This document shows positions 31,108 to 40,955 of a stretch of 64,000 nt of DNA, piece after piece. Position numbers and translations under genes: made by a program. The notes under the pieces are model-generated. The model had not been told where the DNA came from. It was given only the letters and a program-made list of their open reading frames with translations, and ran no database searches. The DNA is from Gemmatimonadota bacterium (GTDB taxonomy: Bacteria > Gemmatimonadota > Gemmatimonadetes > JACCXV01 > JAHWKZ01): positions 17,503-81,502 of the forward strand of contig JAWVZN010000002.1 of the NCBI GenBank assembly GCA_033722155.1. The letters run 5' to 3'. Every line of letters begins with the position of its first letter. Positions within the stretch are counted from its first letter, which is position 1.

Positions 31108-31550
31108 CGCGTCGGCTCGGGCTCGGGAAGCCACGCCTCGGGCGCTCCCGCGCGAAGACACAGCTCCAGGAAGAAATCGCGCTCGGCCAGCCGGGGATGT
31201 GGGACGGTCAGGCCGGACTCGTCGACGGCGCGCCCGCCGTACAGGAGAAGATCGAGATCGATCGTGCGGGGCCCCCGGGGGGGACCGGCGGAGCGATCCC
31301 TGCCCAGGTCGCGCTCGATTTCCAGGCAGGCGCCGAGCAGCTCCCCCGGCTCGAGCGCGGTGTCCACCCCCAGGACCTGGTTGAGGAAGCGGGCCTGGTC
31401 GGCCACGTCGACCGGATCGGTCTCGAGCACCTCGGAGCAGGCCACGAGTCGCGTGGAGTCCCGCTCCATGACCGCTCGCCGCGCGAGCGCCAGCCATCGC
31501 ACCCGGTCGCCGACGTTGGATCCGAGGCTGACGTAGGCGCGGGCGATCAC
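31104..31550 (-). CDS. folK: 2-amino-4-hydroxy-6-hydroxymethyldihydropteridine pyrophosphokinase
   Basis: Trimmed from ORF 31104..31616. VIARAYVSLGSNVGDRVRWL…IDLDLLLYG…. GTG start overlaps the folB TGA (GTGA). Confidence 0.85.
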   Translation of the reverse strand: MIARAYVSLGSNVGDRVRWLALARRAVMERDSTRLVACSEVLETDPVDVADQARFLNQVLGVDTALEPGELLGACLEIERDLGRDRSAGPPRGPRTIDLDLLLYGGRAVDESGLTVPHPRLAERDFFLELCLRAGAPEAWLPEPEPTR

Positions 31551-31903
31551 GGCCTCTCGATCTCCACCTCGATCGTCTCGACCGGGCCCGGCAGCGCCGC
31601 CCACGGCTTCCGGCATCGAACCGTCACCCCGTCCACCCCGTCCAGCGCCAGCACCGCGTCGGCGATCCGAGCCGCGAGGGTCTCGAGCAGGTGGGGCTCT
31701 GTGGACGTGGCCACTTCCGCCGCCGCGTCGTAGAGCGTGCGGTAGTCGATCCCGTCGGCGAGCCGGTCGGTGGTCGCGGGCCTCCGCAGATCTGTCGCCA
31801 CCTCGAGGTCCACCTCCAGCGGCTGGGGATTCTCCCGCTCGTGCGGCAGGTCGCCCAGGATGGTGAAGAAGCGGAGACCGCCGAGTCGGAGCACGTCGCC
31901 CAC
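31547..31903 (-). CDS. folB: Dihydroneopterin aldolase
   Basis: 118-aa ORF with a GTG start: …VLRLGGLRFFTILGDLPHERENPQPLEVDLEV…. Confidence 0.85.
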   Translation of the reverse strand: MGDVLRLGGLRFFTILGDLPHERENPQPLEVDLEVATDLRRPATTDRLADGIDYRTLYDAAAEVATSTEPHLLETLAARIADAVLALDGVDGVTVRCRKPWAALPGPVETIEVEIERP

Positions 31904-31908
31904 CGCCT

Positions 31909-34900
31909 CTACGGGATAACCAGGGCGCGGACGGAGCGCGTCTCCCCGCCGGCGACGAGCCGGATCACGTACACCCCCGGCGGAACCGGCACGCCCCGTT
32001 CGTCGCGGCCGTCCCAGCTCACCGCCTGCTCACCGCTCACCGTGCCCCCCGCCCGCAATTCGCGGACCCGTCGGCCGAGCACGTCGTAGACGGCGAGGTC
32101 GATCTGGACGGCGTCCTCTGCCGGCCCGGGATCGGGGACCGAGAAGCGGATCGTCGTCGATTGGCCGAGCCGGATGGGGTTCGGGAAGTTCTGCTCGAGC
32201 ACGAGCTCCCCCCCGGGCGCCGGCGGCTCCGGGGGCTCGGTCCCGAGGACCCGGCGGAAGTAGGCGTCGCGCGCCGCGATGGCCGCCTGCTGGAGCGCCT
32301 CCAGGTTCTCCCCCGCCACCAGGGCGACGGCCACCGTGTCGGTCGCCCCCGCCTCGATCGAGATCGGTCCCACCCCGATCACCTGCCACAGATCCTGGGG
32401 CTGGCCCACGCTCGTGTTCGTCTGTCCGCTCGCGAGGGCGTCCCACTTCTCGGCGTCGGAGAACTCCCCGCCGAAGGGATCGGGCGCCTCGGCCCGCTCC
32501 GGGGCGCGGTCGGCCAGCGGGTCGCCGAGTTCGCTCTCGAGGACCTCCTCGCGCCGCAGGACCGCGTAGGTGATCTGCCCCAGCGAGACGTCGTCGAGCC
32601 ACACGACCCCCAGAACCGGCTGGCCCGCTCGGGGGCCCTCTACGAACCCGAGCCGGTGTACGGGATCCCACCCCGCGATCTCGGAGGGCTCTCCGTCGGC
32701 CCCCGGCAAATCCCAGTCCGCGAACAGGCCGAGCCGCGCCCCCTCGATCGGGCGCTCGGCGGTGTTGGCCACGGCGTACTGGAGGAGTACGAACGCGTCC
32801 TCTCCGGATTCCCCGAAGGCGAAGGACTCCTGGCGGACCCGCAGACCCAGCGGCTCGATCTTCTTTCGGTCGTCGTAGCCCGTGGTGATCCGCTGGCCGC
32901 CGGCCGCCTGGTCGATGGCGATCGGGAAACCGAACAGGGGGATCCAGTCGGAGGCGTTCTGGGTGTCCTCGCCGTAGGGGATGTCGTCCGAGACCCGCTC
33001 GCGACCGGTCCCGGCCATGAAGCTCGCGTGGAAGAGCCAGTTCGGGCTGTCCGGCGGGAAGCGGAAACCATCCCCCCGCAGGGTGAAGCCGCCCTGATGG
33101 AGGCCGGTGTAGTAGCCGAGCCCGCCGAAGTTGTTGACCGAGAGCCGGACTCGGCCCCGGTCGTGGGTGGCGAAGCCGCCGGGGATCGGCTCGCCCGCCT
33201 TCAGCACCAGCGGGAACGGTCCGATCGCGGCTCCGTCGACCACCATCTCCAGGCGTACCGGCGAGCCGGGCGGGATGCCGGGATCGAGCCGGATCTCGAA
33301 GGCGTCCCCGTCGGCCGGGCCGAAGAACTCCCCCGTCCCCGCCGCGGCGAGATCCACGGTCGCCCGGCTCACGGTGACGCCGGGGGTGGGACTGGAGAGC
33401 GTGGCCGTGGACGGGCCGATCGCGGGCCCGTGGTTGGTGAGGCGGGGGACGATCGCGTGGGATCCGCCGGGCCGGATCACCAGGGTTTCCTCGGGCTGGG
33501 CGGGGACGAGCTTGCCCGCGGGCGCGTCGGCCGGACGGAAGCCGACCAGCCGGGCGAACGGCTCGCTCGGGCGGTCGACCCGGGCCACGGCCGCCGCGGC
33601 GTCGACCAGGCCGTGGCCGCTCCGGTTGTCGTCGCCCGCCGCGCCCAGATCGCGCGCGGTCTCCAGCACGATCGCCTTCGCCCTCTCCGGGGTGATCCTC
33701 GGATCCTTGGACCGCATCAGAGCGAACACCCCGCCAACCATCGGCGTAGCGAAGGAGGTGCCGGTCAGCAGGGTGAATTCGTTGAAGCGGTTCCGGGTGG
33801 TGACGGAGAGGCCGGGGGCGACCACCTCCGGCTTCGTGGCGTGCGGGCCGCCGCACTGCGAGGGCCCCTGCCCGCTGCTCGTCAACACCTGGTTCTGGCC
33901 GTCGACGGCGCCCACCGCGAAGGCGTTCACGGGCGAGTCGGCCCGGTTGGCGGGCGAGGTGACGCCCCGCCCGCCCTCGTTGCCGGCCGACCACACCACG
34001 ATCGCCCCCGCCGCCTCCAACGCATCGATGGCCTCGTCGAAGATCGGGTCGCACCGGATCCGGTTGCTCGCGGGATCCACGTCGGTGAGACCGTACGAGT
34101 TGCTCACGACGTCGGGGACGTCCGTGGCCGTCGAGGGATCCCCGTCGGGGTCCGCGAGCCACTGGAGGGTCTTGAGGGCGTTGGATACGAAGCCCTCGTC
34201 GTCCTGGAACACGTCGCCGGCGATCCAGGTCGACTCGAAGGCCACGCCGAAGCTTCGTTCCCCGCCGGTCATCACTCCCATCGACGCGGTTCCGTGGCCG
34301 TTGGAGAGGGCGGTGTCGTCGTCCTTCGGGAAGACCGTGAGTGCGATCGGGGCGTACCAGGAGGCGTCGCTGCCCGCGAAGCGTCCCCGCCAGCGATCCC
34401 CGAGCGTATCGTCCTCTCCGTTCACGCCGGTGTCGGTGTTGGCAACGATCGCGCCCTGGCCGAAGATCCCCCGCTCCCACACCTCGGCGACTCCGATCCG
34501 GACCAGCTCCTCGACCGGGGCCCGGCCTGCGTGCACCGCCCGTCCGTCCGGGCCCGCAGCCGCTCTCCCGAGCGCCAGCCGGCGGTCCTCCACCACCCGG
34601 GCGATCGCGGGGTGCGCCTCCAGCGCCCCGATCCGGGCCGGATCCACCATGGCGACCACCGCGTTCACAAGCCACAACCGGTCGAGCTCCTCGAAGGCGC
34701 CCTCCGCGCGAGCCGCCGAGAGGGGGGCGCGCGCCGCCACGAGCGACGTCTCGTGGATCGATCGGAGGTCGCGCACGAGCCGCTCGTGGCGGAGCTCCAG
34801 GGTCGGCGCCGAGATCGCCCGGGCCAAGGCCTGCTCCCGCGACGGGTGGTCGGTGAGGCGGACGATCACCCGGACTCGATCCCCGTCCGTCGGGAGGGGC

Positions 34901-34968
34901 GTGTCCATCGCCGACGCCGTTCCCAACGCGAGAAGCCCCGCGAGCGCGAGCGTCCCCCCGCGCCTCAC
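31909..34968 (-). CDS. Secreted S8-family subtilisin-like serine protease with a T9SS-type (Por) C-terminal sorting domain, 1019 aa
   Basis: ORF with a signal peptide (MRRGGTLALAGLLALGTASA) and the S8 catalytic triad (…ANTDTGVN… Asp, …NGHGTASMG… His, …GTSFATPMV… Ser). The C-terminal ~90 aa read LEQNFPNPIRLGQSTTIRF…LAVYDVLGRRVRELR…WDGRDERGVPVPPGVYVIRL…. The GTG start overlaps the upstream TGA (GTGA). Confidence 0.85.
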   Translation of the reverse strand: MRRGGTLALAGLLALGTASAMDTPLPTDGDRVRVIVRLTDHPSREQALARAISAPTLELRHERLVRDLRSIHETSLVAARAPLSAARAEGAFEELDRLWLVNAVVAMVDPARIGALEAHPAIARVVEDRRLALGRAAAGPDGRAVHAGRAPVEELVRIGVAEVWERGIFGQGAIVANTDTGVNGEDDTLGDRWRGRFAGSDASWYAPIALTVFPKDDDTALSNGHGTASMGVMTGGERSFGVAFESTWIAGDVFQDDEGFVSNALKTLQWLADPDGDPSTATDVPDVVSNSYGLTDVDPASNRIRCDPIFDEAIDALEAAGAIVVWSAGNEGGRGVTSPANRADSPVNAFAVGAVDGQNQVLTSSGQGPSQCGGPHATKPEVVAPGLSVTTRNRFNEFTLLTGTSFATPMVGGVFALMRSKDPRITPERAKAIVLETARDLGAAGDDNRSGHGLVDAAAAVARVDRPSEPFARLVGFRPADAPAGKLVPAQPEETLVIRPGGSHAIVPRLTNHGPAIGPSTATLSSPTPGVTVSRATVDLAAAGTGEFFGPADGDAFEIRLDPGIPPGSPVRLEMVVDGAAIGPFPLVLKAGEPIPGGFATHDRGRVRLSVNNFGGLGYYTGLHQGGFTLRGDGFRFPPDSPNWLFHASFMAGTGRERVSDDIPYGEDTQNASDWIPLFGFPIAIDQAAGGQRITTGYDDRKKIEPLGLRVRQESFAFGESGEDAFVLLQYAVANTAERPIEGARLGLFADWDLPGADGEPSEIAGWDPVHRLGFVEGPRAGQPVLGVVWLDDVSLGQITYAVLRREEVLESELGDPLADRAPERAEAPDPFGGEFSDAEKWDALASGQTNTSVGQPQDLWQVIGVGPISIEAGATDTVAVALVAGENLEALQQAAIAARDAYFRRVLGTEPPEPPAPGGELVLEQNFPNPIRLGQSTTIRFSVPDPGPAEDAVQIDLAVYDVLGRRVRELRAGGTVSGEQAVSWDGRDERGVPVPPGVYVIRLVAGGETRSVRALVIP

Positions 34969-35762
34969 AGCAGCTCCAGCTGGATGTCGGAGTAGCCGCC
35001 GGCGACGATCCGGCGGAGGCTGGCGAGACCGGTCTCGATCGGCATCTCGATCACCTTGAGCGCGTCCGGGGCGTACCGGAAGATCGCTTCGAAGGTCGCG
35101 CGCCAGTCGACCGCCCCTTCACCGATCGGGAGGTGCTCGTCGGAGAAGCCGTCGGTGTCGTGCAGATGGATCTCACGAACCGCCTCCCCGAGCGCCGGCC
35201 ACCACGCGTCGGGTTCGACCGAGCCGTAGATGTGGGTGTGGGCGACGTCGAGGGTGAAGCCGACGTGGCGGGCGTCGAGCTGGTCGCGGAGATCGAGCAG
35301 GATCCCGGGGTTCGGCTCGAACATGTTCTCCAGCAGGATCGTCACCCCCGCGTCGGAGGCGAGGTCCACCATCCGTTCCCACACCTCCAGCGAGAGGGCG
35401 AGCCATCCCGGGAAGGCCGACGCCGGCAACAACGGCAGGTAGCCGGTGTGAAACGTCATCTGGCGAGCGCCCAGCGCTCCACCGACCCCGATGGCCCGCT
35501 CCCAGCAGCGACGGGTGTGTTTGCGGATCACCGCGTCGAGGCTGCCGGGATTGAGGTCGAAGATCGGGGCGTGGACGGAGACCTCGATTCCCCGCTCCGC
35601 GAGCTGGTCGCCGAGCCGGCGGATCGCGGTCGTCCGCTCCAGGTTCAGCAGCCACTCGGTGTCGTAGAGCGCGACCTCGATTCCCACGTCTTCCTCCGCC
35701 AGCACGTCGATGTGCCGGCCGACTTCCGGGAACGACGTGCTGAGCGCGAACCGCTTGGCCAA
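34965..35762 (-). CDS. Sugar phosphate isomerase/epimerase (xylose-isomerase-like TIM barrel)
   Basis: 265-aa ORF: …ILLENMFEPNPG…LDVAHTHIYG…IHLHDTDGFSDEHLPIGEGAVDW…. Confidence 0.75.
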   Translation of the reverse strand: MAKRFALSTSFPEVGRHIDVLAEEDVGIEVALYDTEWLLNLERTTAIRRLGDQLAERGIEVSVHAPIFDLNPGSLDAVIRKHTRRCWERAIGVGGALGARQMTFHTGYLPLLPASAFPGWLALSLEVWERMVDLASDAGVTILLENMFEPNPGILLDLRDQLDARHVGFTLDVAHTHIYGSVEPDAWWPALGEAVREIHLHDTDGFSDEHLPIGEGAVDWRATFEAIFRYAPDALKVIEMPIETGLASLRRIVAGGYSDIQLELL

Positions 35763-35870
35763 CTCGCCTGCCTCGAGGTCGCCGCGGCCGTCCGGAGCCG
35801 CGAGATGGAGAGGGTCGGGGATCTGAACTCGTGATGACCGGCCGGCAATTTACGGTTCGGAGAACGGGCG

Positions 35871-36674
35871 TCAAACACGATCCAGCGCGTCCCTCAACTC
35901 GGCGATCCACTCCGCGGCGGCCTCGGGGCCCTCCCGGTCGAGCCGCTCGACGTAGGCGGTCCCCACCACGATTCCGTCCCCGATCAGGGCGGCTCGCCGA
36001 GCGGAGTCGGCGTCGCCGATCCCGAAGCCCACCACGATCGGGAGCGCCGTTTCTTCCCGCAGCACCTCCACCTGCTCCGCGAGCCGTTCGTCCGCTCCCG
36101 CTCCCTCCCCGGTCACCCCGGTACGGGCGATCAGATAGACGAACCCCTCGGAGAGGCGGGCCAGGACGCGAAGGCGCTCCGTCGGCGTGGTGGGGGCGGC
36201 CAGCCGGATCAGCGGCAACCCCCGGGCGGCGAAACGGGCGGAGACCTCCGCCCCTTCGTCGAACGGCAGATCGGCGATCAGTACGCCGGCGAAGCCGGCG
36301 TCGGCGCACTCGGCGGCGGCCCGGTCGACGCCGCGGGCCCAGAGGGGGTTGAGGTAGGTGAAGAGCACCAGCGGCGGGCGGGTGTTCACGGCGTAGGCGG
36401 CGCAGATCTCCAGGGCGTCCTCCAGCGTGACGCCTCCCGCGATCGCCCGCTGGCTGGCGGCTGCGATCACCGGGCCGTCCGCGAGAGGGTCCGAGAAGGG
36501 GATCCCGAGCTCGACGGCGTCGGCGCCGGCCTCCGCCAGGGCCTCGAGGGCCGGAAGCGTCGTGTCCCGGTCGGGGAACCCGGCGGTGAGGTACGGGATC
36601 AGCAGTTTCCGGCCGGCGTCCCGTGCCTCGGCCAGGCGGGCGCCCATCGGGCTCGGATCCACCATCGCGCTCAT
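35871..36674 (-). CDS. trpA: Tryptophan synthase alpha chain
   Basis: Trimmed from ORF 35871..37406 to MSAMVDPSPMGARLAEARDAGRKLLIPYLTAGFPD…AVELGIPFSDPLADGPVI…VGFGI…. The ATG at 36672-36674 overlaps the upstream TGA (ATGA). An alternative start is M10 at 36647. Confidence 0.9.
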   Translation of the reverse strand: MSAMVDPSPMGARLAEARDAGRKLLIPYLTAGFPDRDTTLPALEALAEAGADAVELGIPFSDPLADGPVIAAASQRAIAGGVTLEDALEICAAYAVNTRPPLVLFTYLNPLWARGVDRAAAECADAGFAGVLIADLPFDEGAEVSARFAARGLPLIRLAAPTTPTERLRVLARLSEGFVYLIARTGVTGEGAGADERLAEQVEVLREETALPIVVGFGIGDADSARRAALIGDGIVVGTAYVERLDREGPEAAAEWIAELRDALDRV

Positions 36675-38101
36675 TCCGGGAGGAAGTGGCGGCCGACGTC
36701 GATCCCGTAGCGACCGGGATCCAGCACCTTGATGATCGTCCGGACGTACTCCCCGCCCCGGTCCCGCTCGGCGAGATCCACCACGGGCCCCTCGATACGG
36801 TTCCCCTGGTGGTCGGCGATCAGCCTGGCGTGCGGCCTGTCGAGCCGGTCGGGACCCGGGCTCCGAGCCGTCACCACGGCCAGCTCCAGGGTGTCGAGCA
36901 GCGCCAGGGTGCCCGGCGGGTACACGCCGAGCATGCTCACGAACGCCTTCAGCAGCACCGGATCGTAGCGGGTTCCCGACCACTTCATCATCGCCTCGAT
37001 CATCTCGGGCGGGCTGATGGGATCGGTCTTGTATACCCGGGGCGTGGTCCCCGCGTCGAAGGTGTCGCAGATGGCGACGATCCTGCTGAAGAACGTCAGC
37101 TTCCTCGGCGCGAACAGCTCCGGATAGCCCGACAGGTCCACGTTGAGGTGGTGCTCGAAGGCGACCAGCATCTCCCGCAGGGGAATCCGCCCGGTCGGCC
37201 GGCGCTCGATCAGGTGGTGGACCCCGTAGCGCACGTGGTTCTGCATCTCCTCCCACTCCTCGTGCTCGAGCGAGCCCGCCTTCTTCAGGATCTCCAGGGG
37301 CACGTCCACCTTGCCGATGTCGTGCATCAGCGCGCACAGGCCGAGATCGTACAGCTCGAAGCGCGAGAGCCCGATCCGTTGTCCCAGCGAGATCGAGAAG
37401 ACGCACACGTTCACCGAGTGGGTGAACGTCGGTTCGTCGTAGTCACGGAGATTCGTCAGCCCGACCAGCAGCGTCTCGTCGTCGAGCACCTGATCCACGA
37501 TCGACTGCACCGCCCGCTTGACCTGGTCGGTGCGGACGGCCCGCCCCGCACGAAGGCTCTCCATGAAATCGCGGGTCACCGCCACCCCGTGCCGGTAGGT
37601 GCGCTCGGCCCGCGCCCGGGCGTCGGGGTCCTCGACGAGGGTCTCCGTCGTCTCCTCGCGCAGCGGGAGCACCCGCACGCCCTCCACTCCCGCCTCCCCC
37701 AGTCGTCGAGCGGTTCGCTCCACCGAGCCCGCGTCCCCTCCCTCGAGACGCCCCACGACGTAGGCGAACCGGGCCGTCTCGTCGGGATCGAGCGGTCGAG
37801 TCCACTCGAACCCGCCCACCTCCAGAGATTGGAAGAATCGGAGCAGGTTCTGGTGGACGGTGTAATGGCGCAGCTCGCTGCGGACGCGCGAGCCGTTCAC
37901 GAGCACCGTATCCTGGCCCGTCTCGAGGCGGGCCCATCCGTCGATCTGCCACAGCTCCGAGAGGGTCCGGGAGAGCCGCTCGGCGGAGGCGCGGAGGGTG
38001 TCGTTGCCCGGCTCGTACAGCTGGCCCGAGCGAAACGCGACCAGGAGGTTCTGGACCAGCTCGCGGCCGAGCGCCAGAAGCGGCTGGGACACCTCCATCA
38101 T
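36671..38101 (-). CDS. HD-GYP domain phosphodiesterase (c-di-GMP family) with an uncharacterized ~200-aa N-terminal domain, 476 aa
   Basis: Trimmed from ORF 36671..39376 to [30 protein letters not shown]…. It has the HD motif …CALMHDIGKVDVP… and the GYP motif …HHLNVDLSGYPE…. The ATG overlaps the upstream TGA (ATGA). Confidence 0.85.
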   Translation of the reverse strand: MMEVSQPLLALGRELVQNLLVAFRSGQLYEPGNDTLRASAERLSRTLSELWQIDGWARLETGQDTVLVNGSRVRSELRHYTVHQNLLRFFQSLEVGGFEWTRPLDPDETARFAYVVGRLEGGDAGSVERTARRLGEAGVEGVRVLPLREETTETLVEDPDARARAERTYRHGVAVTRDFMESLRAGRAVRTDQVKRAVQSIVDQVLDDETLLVGLTNLRDYDEPTFTHSVNVCVFSISLGQRIGLSRFELYDLGLCALMHDIGKVDVPLEILKKAGSLEHEEWEEMQNHVRYGVHHLIERRPTGRIPLREMLVAFEHHLNVDLSGYPELFAPRKLTFFSRIVAICDTFDAGTTPRVYKTDPISPPEMIEAMMKWSGTRYDPVLLKAFVSMLGVYPPGTLALLDTLELAVVTARSPGPDRLDRPHARLIADHQGNRIEGPVVDLAERDRGGEYVRTIIKVLDPGRYGIDVGRHFLPE

Positions 38102-39768
38102 CGGCCTCCCGTGGCGGCGCTCCCGTCCCACGATCCGAGGACCTGGCGAGCGGTCCGGCGGACCAGCGCGTGCTTGTGCTCGGTCGCCTCCTCGACCGCC
38201 TCGTGGGCCTCCTCCGTGCCGGTGGCGCCGAGCCCCACGACGACACACGCCAGCTCCTCCGGATCGGCGCTCCGGAACAGGCCGCTGCGGCGCTCCAGCC
38301 GCTTGATCAGGTCCTTCACCACCCGTTCTCCACCGAGCGCCCCGTACGCCTCGAAGACGAGCCGCTGCTCGGTCGGAGGACGCTCGCGCCATCCGTCGCT
38401 CTCCACGATCTCGGAGATCCGGGGCAGAGCCGGCGCGTAGCGATGCGCTACCAGATGGCGCAGGGCGTAGAGGCGGACCGTCGGATCGGGATCGTCCACC
38501 GTCCCCGCCACGACCTGGAGGGAGCGTCCGCCCCCGAACTGCTTGAGGGCCTGGAGGGCGTCGCGGCGCACTTCGGCGTCGGAGGAGTCGAGGCAGCGCG
38601 CCAGGCCGTCGATCAGCCGGGGGTCGCCGAGATGGCCGGCGAGCCAGGCCGCCGCGGAGGCGAGCCGGGGATCGTCGCTCCCGAGCGCCTCCGACAGCTC
38701 GTCTATGCGCTCGCGCCCCAGCTCGGCCAGCGCCCCGGCGATGGCGGAGTGCTGAAACAGCTTCTTCAGGTCCCCGACGAGGGCGAGCAGCCGGATCGGG
38801 TCCTCGCGCCCGAAGGTCCGGTAGTAGCCGGCCGCGACCTGCTCCTCGACCGAACCCGATTCCACGGCGTCGGCCAGCCGGCCGAGCACCGGCTCGGAGA
38901 GGGCGGCCTCGCGCATCCGGGCGAAGGCGATCCGTCCCCGCTCTCCGCACCCATCGCTCTCGAGGTACGGGACGAACAGCTGGTGGAGCTTCCGGATCTC
39001 GTCCCAGGAGCCCTCGTCGAGGAGGCGCTCCTGCATCTCCGCCAGGGCCTCCAGCAGGGGGATGGGTTCCTGCCGCACCGGGTGGATCAGCAGCTCCCGG
39101 AGGCAGGTGAGCCCCTCGTGGAGGAGCCCCCGGCTCCGCTCGGCCTCCAGCTCCGCCTGGAGGGAGGCCATGTCCTCGTCGTCGAGGAAATAGAGGGTCC
39201 CGTCGAAATCGGACACGGGGCCCCTCGGGTCCTCGGCCGCGGCCCGATCCTCCGGATCCAGCTCGATCCGTCCCTTGTCCTCGTGCTCGTCCCGCTCCGC
39301 GGACGGCGGCACCCACTCCGCGTCCTTCAGGTCCTCGACGAAGGTGTAGCGGAGGTGGGTGAAGCTCTCCTGCCACAACCTCCCGATCAGGCCCTCATCG
39401 CGCTCCTCCTCCGTCTCCCGGGCGGATCGCGCGAGATGGTCGAGGAAGGCGGCGAGCTCGGAGCGAGCGAGTCCGGTGTAGAAGATCACCTTGCGGACAC
39501 CCTCCCGGTGGAGGGAGCGGGGAAGCGACTCCCTTCCCTCCTGGCGGTAGACCACCGTGTCGTCGACCGCTAGCGCGTCCTCCTCGACCTCGAGCTCGAT
39601 GGTCCCGTGGAGGTCGAGGAGGCTCCCGATCCTCCCGGTCGCCCGCTCCTCGATGTCCCGCCGCTCGGGGTGATCCGCGTCGTAGAGCCGACGCGCCTTG
39701 AACGCACGGACGAGCTCCTGCACCAGCTCGGAGGCGGACTCCGCGTAGTCGGTGCGCTCGGGGCTCAT
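38098..39768 (-). CDS. HEAT-repeat (PBS-lyase-like) protein whose N-terminal domain is homologous to that of the adjacent HD-GYP protein, 556 aa
   Basis: Trimmed from ORF 38098..40728 to [38 protein letters not shown]…. HEAT repeats occur, for example …[31 protein letters not shown]…. A strong SD, GGAGGGAGGAGG, lies immediately upstream of the ATG, which overlaps the trpB TGA (ATGA). Confidence 0.75.
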   Translation of the reverse strand: MSPERTDYAESASELVQELVRAFKARRLYDADHPERRDIEERATGRIGSLLDLHGTIELEVEEDALAVDDTVVYRQEGRESLPRSLHREGVRKVIFYTGLARSELAAFLDHLARSARETEEERDEGLIGRLWQESFTHLRYTFVEDLKDAEWVPPSAERDEHEDKGRIELDPEDRAAAEDPRGPVSDFDGTLYFLDDEDMASLQAELEAERSRGLLHEGLTCLRELLIHPVRQEPIPLLEALAEMQERLLDEGSWDEIRKLHQLFVPYLESDGCGERGRIAFARMREAALSEPVLGRLADAVESGSVEEQVAAGYYRTFGREDPIRLLALVGDLKKLFQHSAIAGALAELGRERIDELSEALGSDDPRLASAAAWLAGHLGDPRLIDGLARCLDSSDAEVRRDALQALKQFGGGRSLQVVAGTVDDPDPTVRLYALRHLVAHRYAPALPRISEIVESDGWRERPPTEQRLVFEAYGALGGERVVKDLIKRLERRSGLFRSADPEELACVVVGLGATGTEEAHEAVEEATEHKHALVRRTARQVLGSWDGSAATGGR

Positions 39769-40955
39769 CCTCCTCCCTCCCTCTCGCGCCGGGCCACCGC
39801 CTCCACGTCCTTGTCGCCGCGCCCCGAGAGGCAGACGAGCACCCGGGAATCCGCCTCGATCGGGCACCCGTCCCGCCGCAGGAAGGCGATCGCGTGGGCG
39901 CTCTCCAGGGCGGGGATGATGCCCTCCAGCTCGCCGAGCAGATGGAAGGCGTCGAGGGCCTCGTCGTCGGTGACCGCGTCGTAGGCGACCCGTCCCCGCT
40001 CCTTCAGCTCCGAGTGCTCCGGTCCCACCCCGGGATAGTCCAGCCCGGCGGAGACGGAGTGGGCGCCCAGGACCTGACCGTCGCCGTCCTGCAGGAGATA
40101 GCTCAGGGCTCCGTGGAGAACCCCGGGGCGGCCCTTCGAGAGGGTCGCCGCGTGGCGTCCGTCGAGCCCCTCTCCGGCGGCCTCCACGCCGTACAGCTCG
40201 ACCGGGTCGTCGAGAAAGGCGTGGAACACCCCGATCGCGTTCGACCCGCCGCCGACGCACGCCACGATCGCGTCGGGCAGCTCCCCCCACCGCTCCCGGC
40301 ACTGGCTCCGGGCCTCCCGCCCGATCACCGCCTGCAGCTCGCGCACGATCAGGGGGTAGGGGTGGGGTCCGACCACGGAGCCGATCACGTAGTGGGTGGT
40401 GTCCACGTTCGTCACCCAGTCGCGGATGGCGGCGTTGGTGGCGTCCTTCAAGGTTCTCGTCCCGTCGTCGACCGCCACGACCTCGGCTCCCAGCAGCTCC
40501 ATCCGGTACACGTTGAGGGCCTGCCGGCGGGTGTCCTCGCGGCCCATGTAGACGACGCAGTCGAGCCCGAAGCGCGCGCACGCGGTGGCGGTGGCGACCC
40601 CGTGCTGTCCGGCGCCCGTCTCGGCGATGATCCTCCGCTTCCCCATCCGCAGCGCGAGCAGCACCTGTCCGAGGGTGTTGTTGATCTTGTGGGCCCCGGT
40701 GTGGTTGAGGTCCTCGCGCTTGAGCCACACCCCGTAACCGGTCTCCCGGGAGAGGCGGGGCGCCTCGGTGAGCGGGGAGGGTCGGCCGACGTAGTCGGCG
40801 AGGAGCGCGTCGAGGCTCGAGCGGTAGGCCGGATCGCGGGCCGCCTGCTGCCAGGCGCTCTCGAGCTCGTCGAGGGCGGCGATCACCGTCTCGGGCACGA
40901 AGCGGCCGCCGAAGGCGCCGAAATACCCCCTGGGGGTCGTCCCGGGGCGGCTCAT
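39765..40955 (-). CDS. trpB: Tryptophan synthase beta chain
   Basis: Trimmed from ORF 39765..41582 to [23 protein letters not shown]…[11 protein letters not shown]…. The ATG overlaps the trpF TGA (ATGA). Confidence 0.95.
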   Translation of the reverse strand: MSRPGTTPRGYFGAFGGRFVPETVIAALDELESAWQQAARDPAYRSSLDALLADYVGRPSPLTEAPRLSRETGYGVWLKREDLNHTGAHKINNTLGQVLLALRMGKRRIIAETGAGQHGVATATACARFGLDCVVYMGREDTRRQALNVYRMELLGAEVVAVDDGTRTLKDATNAAIRDWVTNVDTTHYVIGSVVGPHPYPLIVRELQAVIGREARSQCRERWGELPDAIVACVGGGSNAIGVFHAFLDDPVELYGVEAAGEGLDGRHAATLSKGRPGVLHGALSYLLQDGDGQVLGAHSVSAGLDYPGVGPEHSELKERGRVAYDAVTDDEALDAFHLLGELEGIIPALESAHAIAFLRRDGCPIEADSRVLVCLSGRGDKDVEAVARREREGGG

